In this document: positions 13,681 to 27,200 of the stretch, piece after piece
Layout of the letters: each line of letters begins with the position of its first letter
Numbering within the stretch: position 1 is the first letter of the stretch
DNA from: Eutreptiella sp. 'Long Island Sound 2002'
Taxonomy: Eukaryota > Protista > Euglenida
Direction of reading: 5' to 3'
Assembly: GCA_964036045.1 (NCBI GenBank)
Contig: OZ038378.1
Span: forward strand, 74,090,001 to 74,154,000
Length of the DNA stretch: 64,000 nucleotides
Translations under genes and position numbers: made by a program
The notes under the pieces: model-generated
Told to the model about the DNA's origin: nothing
What the model saw: the letters and a program-made list of their open reading frames with translations, nothing else
Database searches by the model: none

Positions 13681-16339
13681 CCATGGACTGCCAACAACCA
13701 CAACCCCGAGATATTGTCACCATTGGACAAATCATGCCCACGCCTGCCAAGGCATGGATTATGCAAGTGCGTAAACAAAAACATACACCAGAAGTGCACT
13801 GCATGAGCTGGCTCCCCATGAAACAGTACAGACGAAACGCGTGGACCCCATGGCTCTGGGGACAGGTAAGGTGGTGGGTACCAGGTTCCCCTTGGGAGAG
13901 GACACCCACCCTACGCTCCAAATGTGGCGAACGACACGGAGCATGAGTGCAGTCAAGATTGGCGTATTGTCCCGCCGGGGGCGAGTTCTGGGACCTGTGG
14001 CGTAAGAGCTGAACTGATTGGGCCCAACACACCTACCAATGGCAGCAAACGGCCACCAGCCACGAGCTCTGGCTCTGTGCCAGGCTGCTCGTTCCAATGT
14101 CCCTCGTTGACGCCATACCCACCACGGAACGACATAAGCTACGGACAGAGGTAGGCCTATTTCAGTTTCGCATGATACAGGCTGTCCAAACCCTAAGGCA
14201 GAAACTCGCAGACCCTACACCTCACCAGCTACCGTCACCCCTATGGCTGACAAAGTATGGTGCACAAGCACTGCCGCCGCGGGAAACGCCACACACCCTA
14301 CGCAACCACCGCGGAGCGCCCATGCGGAGCGGCACGAAACGAAAATGTAGGACCGAGGTCGAAACGGCGGAGCCCATAGACCCCGACCAATTGATTTGTG
14401 ATGCACGCGCTGAAAACGACAACGATGCGGTGGCATGGCTAACAAGAGTGCAAGCAAGTGACACAGCCCAGGAACAAACCCAGAAGCGTCGGCGGATCAG
14501 TGTTGCCGCAGAGCGGTGGGAGCAGTACAAAAAGACCGCCAACAGATGTGCACAAGAGCACGGACAGCAATCACACGACACATACCTCAGCAAACACGCC
14601 GCAGAGGTAACACGACGGCACACTGCACGCGTACTACACCAACACACTAACCGCCAAAACAGACTATCACATGCTGGTGACCAAATTGATCACAGAGCAG
14701 ACGGCAGCACAACGACTGCACAACACACATACCCACATGTGCCAGGTACGAAAACAATGGTACGAGCAGGCGAAATACGACACAGTGACGTGTTATGTGG
14801 ACACGAAAACGTTGCTGCTAATCTGCAAGCGATACGAGAGGATGTGCGTTGAAACCAACAAACTGCCGGACCATCACCTGCGGCAGGCACAATACATGTG
14901 GTGCCAACAAGAGCACATGGCGAACATGACACAATGGTACAACAACGACTGCAACCAAAAGGCAACAGAATACAGGCACGCAACCCGACAAGCACGACAG
15001 ATAATATACCTCATACGGAAACGATCACGAGAACATTGGGATCCCACTTTGTGGGAAATCGCATTGCAACCTCTACCCAAACAACACAAAACACACTGGG
15101 ATCCAAACAAGTGGGAAATACCACTGACACGACCACAACGATCCCAACGGGAAACCATGGGGGCGCAGTCATGAGCTCCAGCCCGTATGCACACCCTGGC
15201 TCTTCCGAAATCCGGACTCTGCAGTGAACTTGGCCCACAGTGGCCCATGGCACTTTATGAACTGGCCTATTTCATAAAAAAAAAGTCTTTGCGGCTGTGG
15301 TTTGTGGGGTTGTGGTATGTTCGGCTATGTTGTGTGGGCACATGGTCTGCTGCATCCTGGTGTGTGGCGTTGTGTCACATCTAGTCGTATGTGAAGATGT
15401 GTTGTGGGGCTGCACTGTAGCCTTGGTGGGTTGTGGTGGGTTTTCGACGTAGGAAAAAATTTGCAAGGGCATCGAATTCTTCTTGCATTTTTTTTTGCCA
15501 TCTCGTTTTTTTTTCCGTTTTATGTTTGCAGTTAATATTTCATAATTGGAGTGCCAGCACTTTTTTTTAATCTTAAACGAGAACAAGACCAAATTAACAT
15601 TCAACGAGACGCTACAAACGTTCTTGCAGGGTATGCAGGCATAGTTCACGGAAAATCTGGTAGCCTTGGGCTTTGCGGTGTGGAGCTGTCACAAGTGGCG
15701 TTGTGGGGTGTGGGGCTGTTTGGTTTGCGGCTGCTGGGTGTCGGGCTGCTAGTGTAGGGCTGTGGTTTGTAGGGTTGTCGTTTGTTGAGCCACAGGCTGT
15801 GGGGCTGTGGGGTGCCAAGCTATTTGCGTCTGGGGCTATGGTGTGTGTGGCCGTGGTGTGTGCGGCTGTGGTGTATGGGGTTGTGGTGCGTGTGGTTGCG
15901 GGGGGTAGGGTTGTCGGCCGGGGAGCTACAGGATGGAGGGCTGTGGCAATGAACGTGGATAAACAAATGAAAAAGAGGGTGTTAATGTGGGTCTTCATGG
16001 CACAAGTGCAGATGGTCGGCCCCATGAAAGACGCCACGAGACGCCTAGGTGATTTTGGGGTGATGGACGATGCCTTGTTGTTGCCACTTGGTCCCAAAAA
16101 GGAGGCTCCGGCAGTCTTTGGTTTGCCACCGTTGGGGAAGCCCTCAAACAACGACACAACCCAATCATGCAGACCATGCTGAATTTGTTCACCCAGATGG
16201 GACAAGCAATGTACATAATGAATTTGTAGTGTTGTTGCTATGTGCCTTGTCAACCGCCGGCAACAAAGGTTCTAATACCCCCACCGATGGTTGAGTGGAT
16301 AAGAGGCACCCCGGCTCTGTACCCACACCATGCCCGGAC

Positions 16340-16460
16340 GCTGGGGACCAGTTGCACCCCCATTTCCTCCCATCTCCCCCCATTTCTCCCCATTTTGCCC
16401 CATTTCCCCCATTTTCCCCCAACCCCCCCCCCTTTTTTCATTTCGACCATTTTTCCTCCG
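16340..16460. repeat. Degenerate CCCCATTTT(C) tandem repeats
   Basis: ccccatttcctccc/ccccattttgcccc/ccccattttccccc. The same unit forms the array at 43590-43720. Confidence 0.7.
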
Positions 16461-16755
16461 TGCACATCATGGCACATCACCAGACACACCATCATAAATC
16501 TAGCTGGCTGGATCCCCGCATTGTATAATTGCAAGGGTGGGGTGGGAATGATTGCCCCCCCCCCCCCCGTCCCACACCCATGCTGTTGGTTTTTGGTGCT
16601 TTTGGCACCCACCCACTTACCCCCCCCTTCCCCGCTTGGTTTGAAATGGGACATTTGATGAGTGTCTATTGTTTGTTGTATTTTGACAACCCATGTTTGA
16701 TGGTGGGGGGTCTAAGTTGAGTTGATATCATGCGAACCATAGTGCACAATGGCTG

Positions 16756-16800
16756 AGTGAGTGTTGAGTGTTGAGTGTGGAGTGTGGAGTGTGGAGTGTG
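16756..16800. repeat. GAGTGT(T/G) 7-mer minisatellite, ~6 units
   Basis: gagtgttgagtgttgagtgtggagtgtggagtgtggagtgtg. Confidence 0.85.
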
Positions 16801-17129
16801 GTTCTACCGGGTGTGCGCCTGTGGAGTATTGGGTTGCTGGTTGTGGGGGTGTGGCATGCTAGGCTAGGGCATTTGGGGCTCTGTCGATGGTTGTGTGGGT
16901 TGTCGGGCTGTAGGGTGTGGGGAGGCGGCGCGTGGGCCTGTGGGGTGTGGGACAATGGGTCGTGGATCTTTGCAAACCAGAATATGAACTTACCTCGTTT
17001 AATACTTAATTGCGTGTATTTCCTGAATATATTGAGTGTTAATGGATGCGGCTGTTAATATTAAACAAAAAAATTTAAAGGAGGCGGCACAAAATTATAA
17101 AACATTTTTCCGTCCTTGGACCGTTGATT

Positions 17130-17600
17130 TGTGCACCAAAAACGCACCCGAACCCACACCACAGCCCCACAAACCATATTATCATACACCAAAGCCCTAG
17201 AAACCACGCCCCCACACAAGACAGCCCCACACAACCACAACCCTAGAAACCACACCCCACGCACCACGCCCCCACACACCACACTTGCACCCTCCGGGAT
17301 TCAAAGTGTTTGGGGTGGCGGCGGCGGGGGGGGGGGGGGGGTAGGGGGGACCCGTAGCCCAAATCAGCGGAGACACACACACACGAACACTAGAGACACA
17401 CAAACATACCGTAAACCATTTGTGATAGCCGTTAGCTTATTGTTGTTGTTCTTTTTGTTGTTGTTGTTCACAATTTGCATAACGCCTCGAGAACAAAAGG
17501 GGGATACCCTCCCAAACCCTACTTTAAGGGGAGGGCATCGCAAGGAGCAAGAATGTGTGAGAGAGAGGTTGTTTGTGTGGATGTGGGTGTGGGTGTTCAC
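17130..17600 (-). repeat. Inverted, uninterrupted paralogue of the composite repeat at 1100-1645/2718-2834
   Basis: The reverse complement contains gtggtttctagggctttggtgt, ggtatgtttgtgtgt, a short AAC run and ccctcccctt...gggagggtatcccccttttgttctcg. Confidence 0.75.
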
Positions 17601-17899
17601 ATGCCCCATTGATTTGATATACTTTGTATATGTACTGTATATATAGTCCGGTAATGTAGGGACAGAAATGAGGCGTCACATAACGGGGCGCTTAACCCCA
17701 ATAGCTAGTTCACTAGACAAAGAATACGTTGCCGAATAGAACTGCCTACAGTCATGAATTGACTGCCAAACCTACAAAAACGGAGGTTGAATTATTTTCT
17801 TCGTCCAATTTTTTAGTTTCATATTATGTTATTTTCCTCCGGTCTTAATGTTAACGAAATATGAGATTAAGACGAAATCCGAAAAATTATTGCACCATA

Positions 17900-18700
17900 A
17901 AACAGGTGAATACCTGAAGATTATCAACCCATATAGTGGCCAAAGCGGCCATGTCATTTTCCCCGCACACGGCTATCCCGATCACCGGGTGTGCAGGCCC
18001 GTTTGCCATGGTTGAGGAGCCCAATAGATAGTTAGGTCCAACTCCCACCAGCGCACGAGTATGGATCCCCACGTAGAATAAACGTGAGGGGCCGCGACCA
18101 ATTGATGGTGTCCACTTGTGGTGGATGCGATTTCAGGTATTGCACCCATGACTGCAACGGCCAACTGCTGCCGCTGTCAGCTGGCTCACAAACGGACACG
18201 GCTGGGCCCAACTCGAGGGGCTTGGCCAATTCCTTCCACCTGTCCAAGTACTCACCACGCGAAGGTTTTGGGCCGCGGGAGCTTGAGGCCGGTAGCGGCC
18301 GTGTACGCCGCCCCTCTCCGGGTCATGAATGCGCAGATGTGGCCGATTCGTGTCTTCGGGATGTTGAGCTCCACGAGAAGCCCGATGAAATTTCACACAA
18401 CAAAGAGGAGGGAGGCATATTCCTTTAGCACCGCTATTTGCTTGTCGCGAATGAGGGAGGGTTAAGCACCCATTGTGGCCTCCGCCCAACAAGCCTTGGC
18501 CAAGGGGGGTTCAGCCACCCACACACTGAGGAGTTGAGAAACCAAAGGGTTTCGCAAACTCTTGGCACCACTCACACACACAAGCGTCATGCTAAGCTGG
18601 AGAAGAGTATCACGAGAAAAAGACATAACAAGAGTTTCAGAGGAGAAAATAGGTGGGGAATGGGGTGGAAGGCGGACCCTAGGGAAGGGGGTGGGGGGCC
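17900..18700 (-). pseudogene. Unclassified transposase-like coding remnant; second copy split as 47288-47458 plus 50284-50900
   Basis: High DNA similarity to the two segments of the TIR element. The minus strand translates to YASLLF...NFIGLLV.LNIPKTR...YLD.WKELAKPLE...SWVQYL...DTINWSRPL.FILRGD.YPCAGGSW. Confidence 0.55.
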
Positions 18701-19319
18701 GAGGTTTGGAGAGGATCACGCTGACGTGCCGATAGCTGCGGAATTAAGATCGACCGGCGATAAGCCGGACGGCAACGCCGGGGAAACCAGCCCATGAGTT
18801 ACTGACACATCATATAACTAAGGCCACCCTGAGGTGAGCCCGCGCCTTAAGGACACGTCCACTGCGGCCTGCCACAAACCAAGGATGCCGTGCCTGCGAG
18901 AGGTACGGCCAGAGATGGGCCAGGCTACCACGCCAGTCGGTGTGGAAACGGCCGACGGCCCCCAACAATTACCACGACACGCCGAGGTAGGAGAGGCCCA
19001 GACAGGCAGACACAACCACCATGGGGTGTGCTATCGCCCTAAGGCCGCAGTGCCCTGGTGTTTGCAGGGCACCGCACACTGCGACGACCGTGAACAGACC
19101 GCAATGCGACTGTGATCAGCGTATATGTGACTCGTGCACCACCTATACACGTTTGTGATTGTCAGCAACAGGCATAGGCCCCCCTCCCAGGGCAAACCCC
19201 CCCCTCCCCCAGGGGGGCTCACGCTGGAGTGGCCCACTACCCGCCGAAGGGCACCCTACCCCCTTAACAAGCAGCAGATCCACCCCACCCAAGGTAGGAA
19301 GACACGCGACCACACCGAC

Positions 19320-22300
19320 GACGGCGACATCGACAAAAATCCTGGCCCCAATGACCCACAGGAGGGAGAGAGTGAAATCGGCTCCCAACACAGGGTGACA
19401 GTGACGCGACTAGCAAGTGAGACAGAGACGGCCTCCAACCCCCACTACCCCGTTAAACTATACAAATATGCGATCCAGGCACTCTCGGAGGCACTCAAAA
19501 GCAGACATCGGGCCTTCACCCCCCCCACCACCACCAGAAAACACCACACACACACCACGCACGGAATCGGCATCAACATACGGCACCTCAGAAATACCAT
19601 CAGCAGAGGCCACCCCATCACATAGGATACAATACCCAGACACACAGCACCCGCCCACCCCAGAGACATCGGACACAACTGTGCGAACACAAAAGCATAG
19701 CTCGCCGACGGGGTTAAACATGACCACCGCCATCGGCGTGGTATGTCCCCGAGGCCACATGGCTGATTTTGTCTACTTTAGCTACACCACGTGTAAAGAC
19801 TTCGCCATACACCAGCCAGACACCCCAGATATGGTGCCGCGCCGCCTGTACGGAGTAATGTCCCAAGACACCGTGCACCCAAGGCAAGGATCCTGGCAAG
19901 CTGACGAGCCTTCACCCACCACGCACACCTGCACGGCATCACAGCCGCAAGCAGCGACCCCCCAACCAACAACACTAAACACCACGAACGGATGGGTACA
20001 CGACGTCACCAAAGACCGAGACGTGGAGCTCAATCCTGGCCCCACTTCACCAGGACCCTCGGCAAAACGCACATCCACAACCTGGACACCCCGCCCACAT
20101 ATAACACGCCCCCGATGTTACACAAGCGTACCGCGGACAACCCAATGATGGCAGAACACAAACGACGACGCTCAGGGGACGTGGAGATAGCATACGAAGA
20201 GCACCAGATACAAGCACAGGAGTGCACCCTCCGCAAACGCAACTCAGAGGACACACTAGACCACCAACCTCCGACAAAACGGCAACCCAGCGCGACCCAC
20301 CGGGGGTGAACAACACGCCCCCGAGATACAGGGCAACATACGCCAAAAAAGTCCCTTTGAGGACACCATGCAAAATGCCGTGATCGAACCACCAAACAAA
20401 AAGATACTCAAAACACCACGGCTTCGTAACCACCCCTACCCAAGGCCGCCGAGATGGCTTCACGACCCAACACAGGATGGGGAAACGGATCCAAACCCTG
20501 GACCAACTCCACCCACACCAGTGGACCAAGCGACACAAACCACATCACTGGGAGATTCAGGGATAGAGACACACGACATCCCACCCCCACCACCCCCGCA
20601 GGCGGCACCTCCCCCCCAACAACCGGACAACCACACTACCTCCAAAACGGGAAAAACGGACACAAGGGAACAGCCCCGGGAGCTCTGCCCCATATGTATG
20701 GACCGACCTGCAGACACAAGCCTAAGCTGCGACCCCAGGCACAGGGTGTGCCGGACATGTGCCAACGATCCCCAATTGCTTAGGTGCCCATTGTGCTACC
20801 GCATGCTGGAACCGAGCGTACCTCCCCCCACCCCTGGACGACCCAATGTATGAGTACTGCTACATACAAATATACAACAACCAACTACTCCCGTACACGG
20901 GCTAGTACCCATAGCCAGTACCGTAGTGATATGGCCATATGGTAGCCATCTATTGTGCCCGTCAAGGCGTTTTTAGTTTGTGTTGCGCAGCTGCGTAGCA
21001 GGGGAGTCATTCCTCACGTGTACCTCCCACAGCTGTCATGTCGTGTTGGGGGCTTGCATCCATACGTTGTATGCCGGCGGCAGTGGGGGGCCGGGGGACG
21101 TACTATAGTTCACCCCTTACAGCATGACCTACTCCTGGAGTACGACATCACCGACAGGGTGCCTCCACCTGCGGACGGAGACAACTACGACACATCACGC
21201 AGCACACTGCTGACCGACACGTTGTACCGAACGAAACCTACCCATAGCACACCGAATCGGTCCTAGGTGCCACACAGGATGGTGATGTGGAACCAAACTT
21301 GGGCCCAGACAACAACACACCACCTCACGGAGTGGTACGAACCTTGGCTCAAAACTACGAACGAAACTCATCCGGGCAGAACCCTAAAATACACTGCCCG
21401 GGAGAATTAGACGAAACGCCCCTGGTAACCCAAAAGACAAACCCACATCCCCCACTAGAGGACAACACGGCACAGGAACTCCTACAGAACGAGGAGCATA
21501 GGCGCCCCTCCGACCACCGCGCAGAGGGGTTTAGCTACCCCCCCCCCCCCAAGAGGAGACACAGGCAAACACCTTCCACGAAGACGACAGCAACCCACTA
21601 GATAAGCTCCCCATACACACACCAACGGAGTATCATCTAATAGAAGTATTGGTGAAACTCAATACGGGAAAACCACACCAACCGATGACCACGACAGAAC
21701 AAGAAACACTAAAAACAGTGGTGATATGCGACACACAAACTAGATTGACTGCATACCTTACTAAATCCCCAAACCGCGCGGTAACAACGGAACACATCAG
21801 GCGGTAGACGCAAGACGGGACATGGTATGATTGGAATACCTACCAGCTACGCCTGTTTGCGCAGCATACGCTGCGCAACGTCATGACGGTAGTGCACGAA
21901 GGAGACTCCGACGGCATACACACAATACATGAACTGCCCGAAGCAGAAGGCACACAGTCCACACAGAAGCCGAACATCAGGGGAACCCACACATCGCAAA
22001 CAAAACATACCTACTCCTACCACAAGCAACCGGAACCCGTCGCAACCAGGACCGACGGATGCAACGCGCGGCCATACAGACGGAACGGCGCGGAAGTGAG
22101 GACGAACACGTCGACCAAATCCTTTGCCCTCACCGACCCAGGGGCCGAGGAACTGCTCATGGTGTACGAAGCAGACGGACAGGATGCCACAACCCTACAG
22201 ACTTACCGCATGGACTGCCTGCATGGGGCTCCGCTACGGAAGCTAGCCCGCTATGTCAGAGGAGTTTATCAATTTGATAAATTCCCTGTACCCAGGTGGT

Positions 22301-24285
22301 CTCCGGAACCGGACAGCCTGGTCGACCATCTACAGCCCAAACCCATCATGGTCCAGCACCTGGACAACACCATCAAGATGGGCCATGAACCCGCACACAA
22401 AAGCTACGCCCTCACAAAGGGCACGCCAATACAGGTAGGACTGGAGGATCGCAGAGATACTCTGCAACCAGAACCAGCCAAAACTACGGTCGTGGTTGAG
22501 TGCCCACCGGAAACCGGCATTAGAACACGAGACGCCTTTATGAAACGGATCAATGGACACGAGTCTCATGTCGCTTCCACCATAGCAGGCAAGGACCCAC
22601 ACAACACCTTCCGGTGGAAGTGTGCCTCCGAATACACCGCGGGCCAAAGTGTGCCACTCGCCCGGAGGCTACACCTGCCCATGCAGCTACTACCCAAATT
22701 TACGCAAGCACTACAAACAATCAAACAAGAAGAAGAAAACGCCAGAAACCGCGGACCCTACTGGCTCACTGAAACCGACTACGAGAGCCTGTACATCCCA
22801 CAACAACAATACACGGAACACAAGCAAGACAAAATAACGTCCGTCTGCAAATCCTGGACGACATAGACAGGGAACAATTGGATCTAGGAAGGAGCATCGC
22901 CTCCTTCCTTAAAGGCTTCCGACCAGCCGACTTCTACCGCTTACTAACAAAGTTTCACCCTGACGCAGACCGACGCTTGATTGCCCAACTACTGAAGAGC
23001 ATGAAAGGCTACGATTGGTTCACGTGATGACGAACGTCATACTGAACCGAAACAGCTGGACACATTCGACAAGCTGTTCCAAGGACATCAAACGGCCACC
23101 CAAACCAGCCAGATACGATGCCACGACGGTGTTCGTTGGGTGGACACAGGGCGCGGGCGACGACACAGCAAAGGTCGTAGCATCCTTCTTTGGATGCTGG
23201 AGCAGTTGGAAGCCCGAACCCAACATGTGGAGCGACGCGGGCTGCACCTATGCCCCGCTCTAGTACCAACATGCCACAACAGTGGCCCTCAGCGCCGGAC
23301 AATACATAGGAGTAGCGCCCGGAGAATACATACACCTAACACTAGGAGACCATAAAACGGACACACAGGTAACATAACGCATCGACCAGATGCTCTTACA
23401 AAGGATGCCGCAAGAAGCGGGCGACGACGCGGCATTCCGGAGACGCATGAAGGCAGGAAAACAGCTGGGCGCAGACATGATGACATAGCGAGTCATCCGG
23501 AAAGTCAACCAAGAAAAGCAGCTGCTCGCAAACCCCGAACCCATCAACGTGGCAAATTGAGGCGAAGCCATCATGACTGAACTGGGCCATTCTAATGACG
23601 ACATGCCCCCAACAGACCTCCAACGGCAACTGGACACGATGGACATGGATAGACACCTCGACAAACAACACAATGACACGGGCCTACCCACACCGGCACA
23701 CCCACGAACGACACACCAGGCGCAGAGAACAAAGGCACACAATAAAACCCCACAAAGACGACACCGCCACCAAAAAAAGAAGAAGAGGACGCCGGCATCC
23801 CCAAAGCCCAACCAGAGAACGGACGCCACCTCCGCATTCACAGCAGAAACCACACTCAAAGGAAAAGGGAAGGGACCGTCAAAGAACCCACGGGGCAAAG
23901 GAAAAAAGTGAGGCCCCTTTTCTTTTTGCCCTTCATAGCCGTAATACCCCTCCTCCTCCTCTTGGTCCCCACCACACATATGGAGGGGCCCGTACACCTG
24001 CTCCCTATGATACGGAGAATGCGCAGGCGGTATACCCTACCACCCCGCTACCGGCGCAACAACAAGCAGGATCTTGCCCCCCACAACTACCGGATGTGGC
24101 GCCCCTGCTTGTTACTACTCTATTTTGCCTGTTTATTCCACACACCGACCGCTCCCAGCACAGGGGTGCCAACCTACTACTATAACGCACTAGTCCCAAG
24201 CACTTCGGGGATCAGCCCAGATAACACACGCGACAACAACAAGTGGGTCCTCCAATGCGGAGACGTACATCCCAACCCAGGACAC
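19320..24285 (+). other. Five 2A/StopGo-like motifs in copy B
   Basis: 19320-19349 DGDIDKNPGP; 20014-20043 DRDVELNPGP; 20476-20505 DGETDPNPGP; 21278-21307 DGDVEPNLGP; 24256-24285 CGDVHPNPGH. Confidence 0.85.
20686..20796 (+). CDS. Intact C3HC4 RING finger (copy B)
   Basis: CPICMDRPADTSLSCDPRHRVCRTCANDPQLLRCPLC in ORF 20368..20853; all 8 ligands present. Confidence 0.9.
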
Positions 24286-27200
24286 CGGAGGATATACCAG
24301 CTCCGGCGCGAGTGCCGCCCTGTGCGAGGACCCCCCGTCCCTCGCCACGACATAGAGGAACACGCTAAGCACCTGTTGGTTAACACGAACCGACAGTACG
24401 ACAGCCTGGACAACGTGACCAACGACCAAGACCGAGACATGAAACTGGCCACCTGGAAGATACAAGGCGCGCACGGCTCCCTTACTCTACAACGCAGGGC
24501 CAGTGTTCTCCACCTTGTCAAACAATGTCGTATCCACCTCTGCGGCATTCAAGAGTATAACCCGTGTTTCCCGCTGCCGGAGCAGCCACCACCGCAATCA
24601 ACAACGTCTACAAGCGCTACGCTGCACCAAGGAACGAACCACGCGTCGCATTCCTCATCCGCGACACTGTGGTCTCCCATGTCCTCGAAACGTTATACTC
24701 ACCTAACGGACTAGCGGGGGCCATCAGACTGCAGCTCCCCAATAGCCCCCAGCGGACTATAGCCTGCGTCTACTCCACATTCAGCCGACAAGACAAAAAA
24801 GAGGGAGACCTCTTCGCACAATCCCTCCAGCCATACGACATCATAATGGGGGACTGCAATGACGACATATGGTCGTCCGACCCGACAAGCCCTTGGCAAC
24901 AAGACCTAGCCAACAGCGTGCTTCTCGACCCGTTACACGCAAGTAGTCAACCGCCCGAGCCCCGACACTACTACACACACATTCCAAGGCATGGACGACC
25001 ACTTCGCCTGGACGCCATATTGATTAGGCAACAAATAACCAACATACCCTGGACTTACTACGACACTATCCAAATGCCCATATCGGACCACGCCCTTGTT
25101 TTACTCGGCATTCGCTTGGAGGATAGGAGCCCCTAACCAACCCCATAGAAAACCGTAGCCATCGGTCTCGAGGTGGTACACCACACACTTCCAGCGCTTT
25201 ACCAACTCAATCAGCATCCTGTTGGCTATCGCCCACGCGGTACGGCCACGACACCCTAAATGGACCAAGACGCCAGGCCACAGCAACGTGGTCGGAAAAC
25301 CCAGGTCTCAAGGCGCGGCTACGGGAGTTTGGAGAGGCTCAAGAGCACCACTTTCGGAAGCACATTGGCAAGCTACGCAGAGCGGCGGCAACTAGATCGG
25401 GTTACTTCTACAAAAAGGTCAAGAGGTGGCGCACCGGACTCATTGCGCACGACACGCCACAACCTCCGATTGGAGGAACACAACACGTCTTGAACCACTT
25501 TGCCGGTGACCCAACATACGACGAGGACACGTGCCAGCGACTGATTCGGAAGCATGTACGACACCAGACATGGAACACATCCACTCCAACATACAATGAA
25601 TACGTGAAGTGCCTGCGGGCGCCAAAGAAAAAAACAGGCAGACCCGATGGGGTACCACCCCACCTGCTCCAGCACTTACCCAAACACATGCTGAAACAGT
25701 TATACCAGGCAATAATTGAAGTCTGGAACGGGCAAAACATCCCAGTCGCCTGGCTGCGGTCAAGGGTAGTGCTCATATGTAAAAAGAAGGACCCACAGGA
25801 CCCACCAAATTAGAAGCCGATATACGTATCCACCGCCATATATAGCATCCTCACACGCCTCCTCGTGATGCGTATATCTAGGGCCATGACCCCAGGACTA
25901 CTTGACATACAACACGGGGCCCTACAAGGCCGCAACACCACGACCCTAGCCACAAAGCTACTAAACGACCTACACACTCAAGACGGGTAAGTGGCCCTCC
26001 TAGACGTAGCCAAGGCATTCCCCTCGGTCCCCCCACCAATGCTGACCGGGATCGTCAAGGAGGCAGGGGCACCGGAAAACATGATACGAATGCTCGGGGA
26101 AATGTACCAGCACACGCCGGCCGTACTGTCCCTGCATGGACCGGACCTCCCCATACGCCCCACTAGGGGCATGAAAGAGGGGTGCCCCCTCTCCCCAACA
26201 TTATTCCTCCTGTACAATGACATACTACTTAGGGAAACCAAGGAACGATGCCCCGGAGCCCACCTTTACGTGTTCGTCGATGACATCGTGGTACGCGCAC
26301 CCACGAGGGACTCACTCTTGCACACCCTAGATACACTCCACGAAGTGGCACATACAATAGGGCTACGCTTCAACAAGGACAAAACCGAAGTGTACCACTC
26401 GACCGAGGACTATAACGTGGAGCCAATCACATGGCATCACCAGCTGATCCCCTTGCGGCCACCCATAATGACTTACTTGGGCCACGTACTAGCCCACCCC
26501 ACACGGGAAGATACCGCGTCGGACATGGTTACCACAAAAGTGCAGCACGACACAGCGGCGTATAGAACCCTGCCGCTTAACGTAGGTAGCCATCATCAAC
26601 GCCGTCCTCATCCCACGATGGACGTACAGGGGGCCGTTCTTCGGGAACAGATCCCGGATGGCGCCATGGTACGACATGCTCCTACATTACATTAGGGACA
26701 CAGCCGGGATAGAACAACAAATGAACAAACACCGACTCACAACAAATCTAAGCCACGGGGAACTAGGCCTACGACAACTGGGGTGGTCCTACATCACCCG
26801 GTCGATCACACTGGGGTAGCAAGAACTACAAAACAACGGCCCCACACAACAACTCACCGCATCCCAATACAAATATATCGACGCCGTCTGAGCTCTAGGG
26901 GGCACGGTGGGCCAACGCATATCCCCACCTAGGCAGCACCGCCACCTATCGGCGGGCCTATACGACTCGGAGAGCTCGGAAGAAGACCAGGAAACAAACG
27001 CGGGGAAAACACGGCCGGCCACAAGTTGCCTAAACTATGGCTGGATGAATCCCCCCGACGAACCAACCTCAGAAGAGACCCTTGAAGTGTCCCAGGCACT
27101 ACCACACCAACGGAAGTTCCACGGGATCACCATACATTACACAGGAGTACCCACCACCACAAAGTGGGATACAGACGGGTCAAAATGACAAGGAAGAGCG

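Larger units (their letters stand above)
2835..15284 (+). mobile_element. Non-LTR retrotransposon copy A (5'-truncated, inactivated): Ubl - repeats - 2A x4 - RING - RRM/ORF1 - 2A-like - APE - RT - RNase H
   Basis: Colinear with copies B and C. Homology to C starts at cggtttgcctccc (2835 vs ~31325) and the copy ends gaactggcctatttcat-A9. APE, RT and RNase H motifs are present with many stops and frameshifts. Confidence 0.95.

Noticed and set aside
16210-16300. SAP-domain-like LCALSTAGNK..LI
   Set aside because: It needs a frameshift, is very short and has no supporting context.
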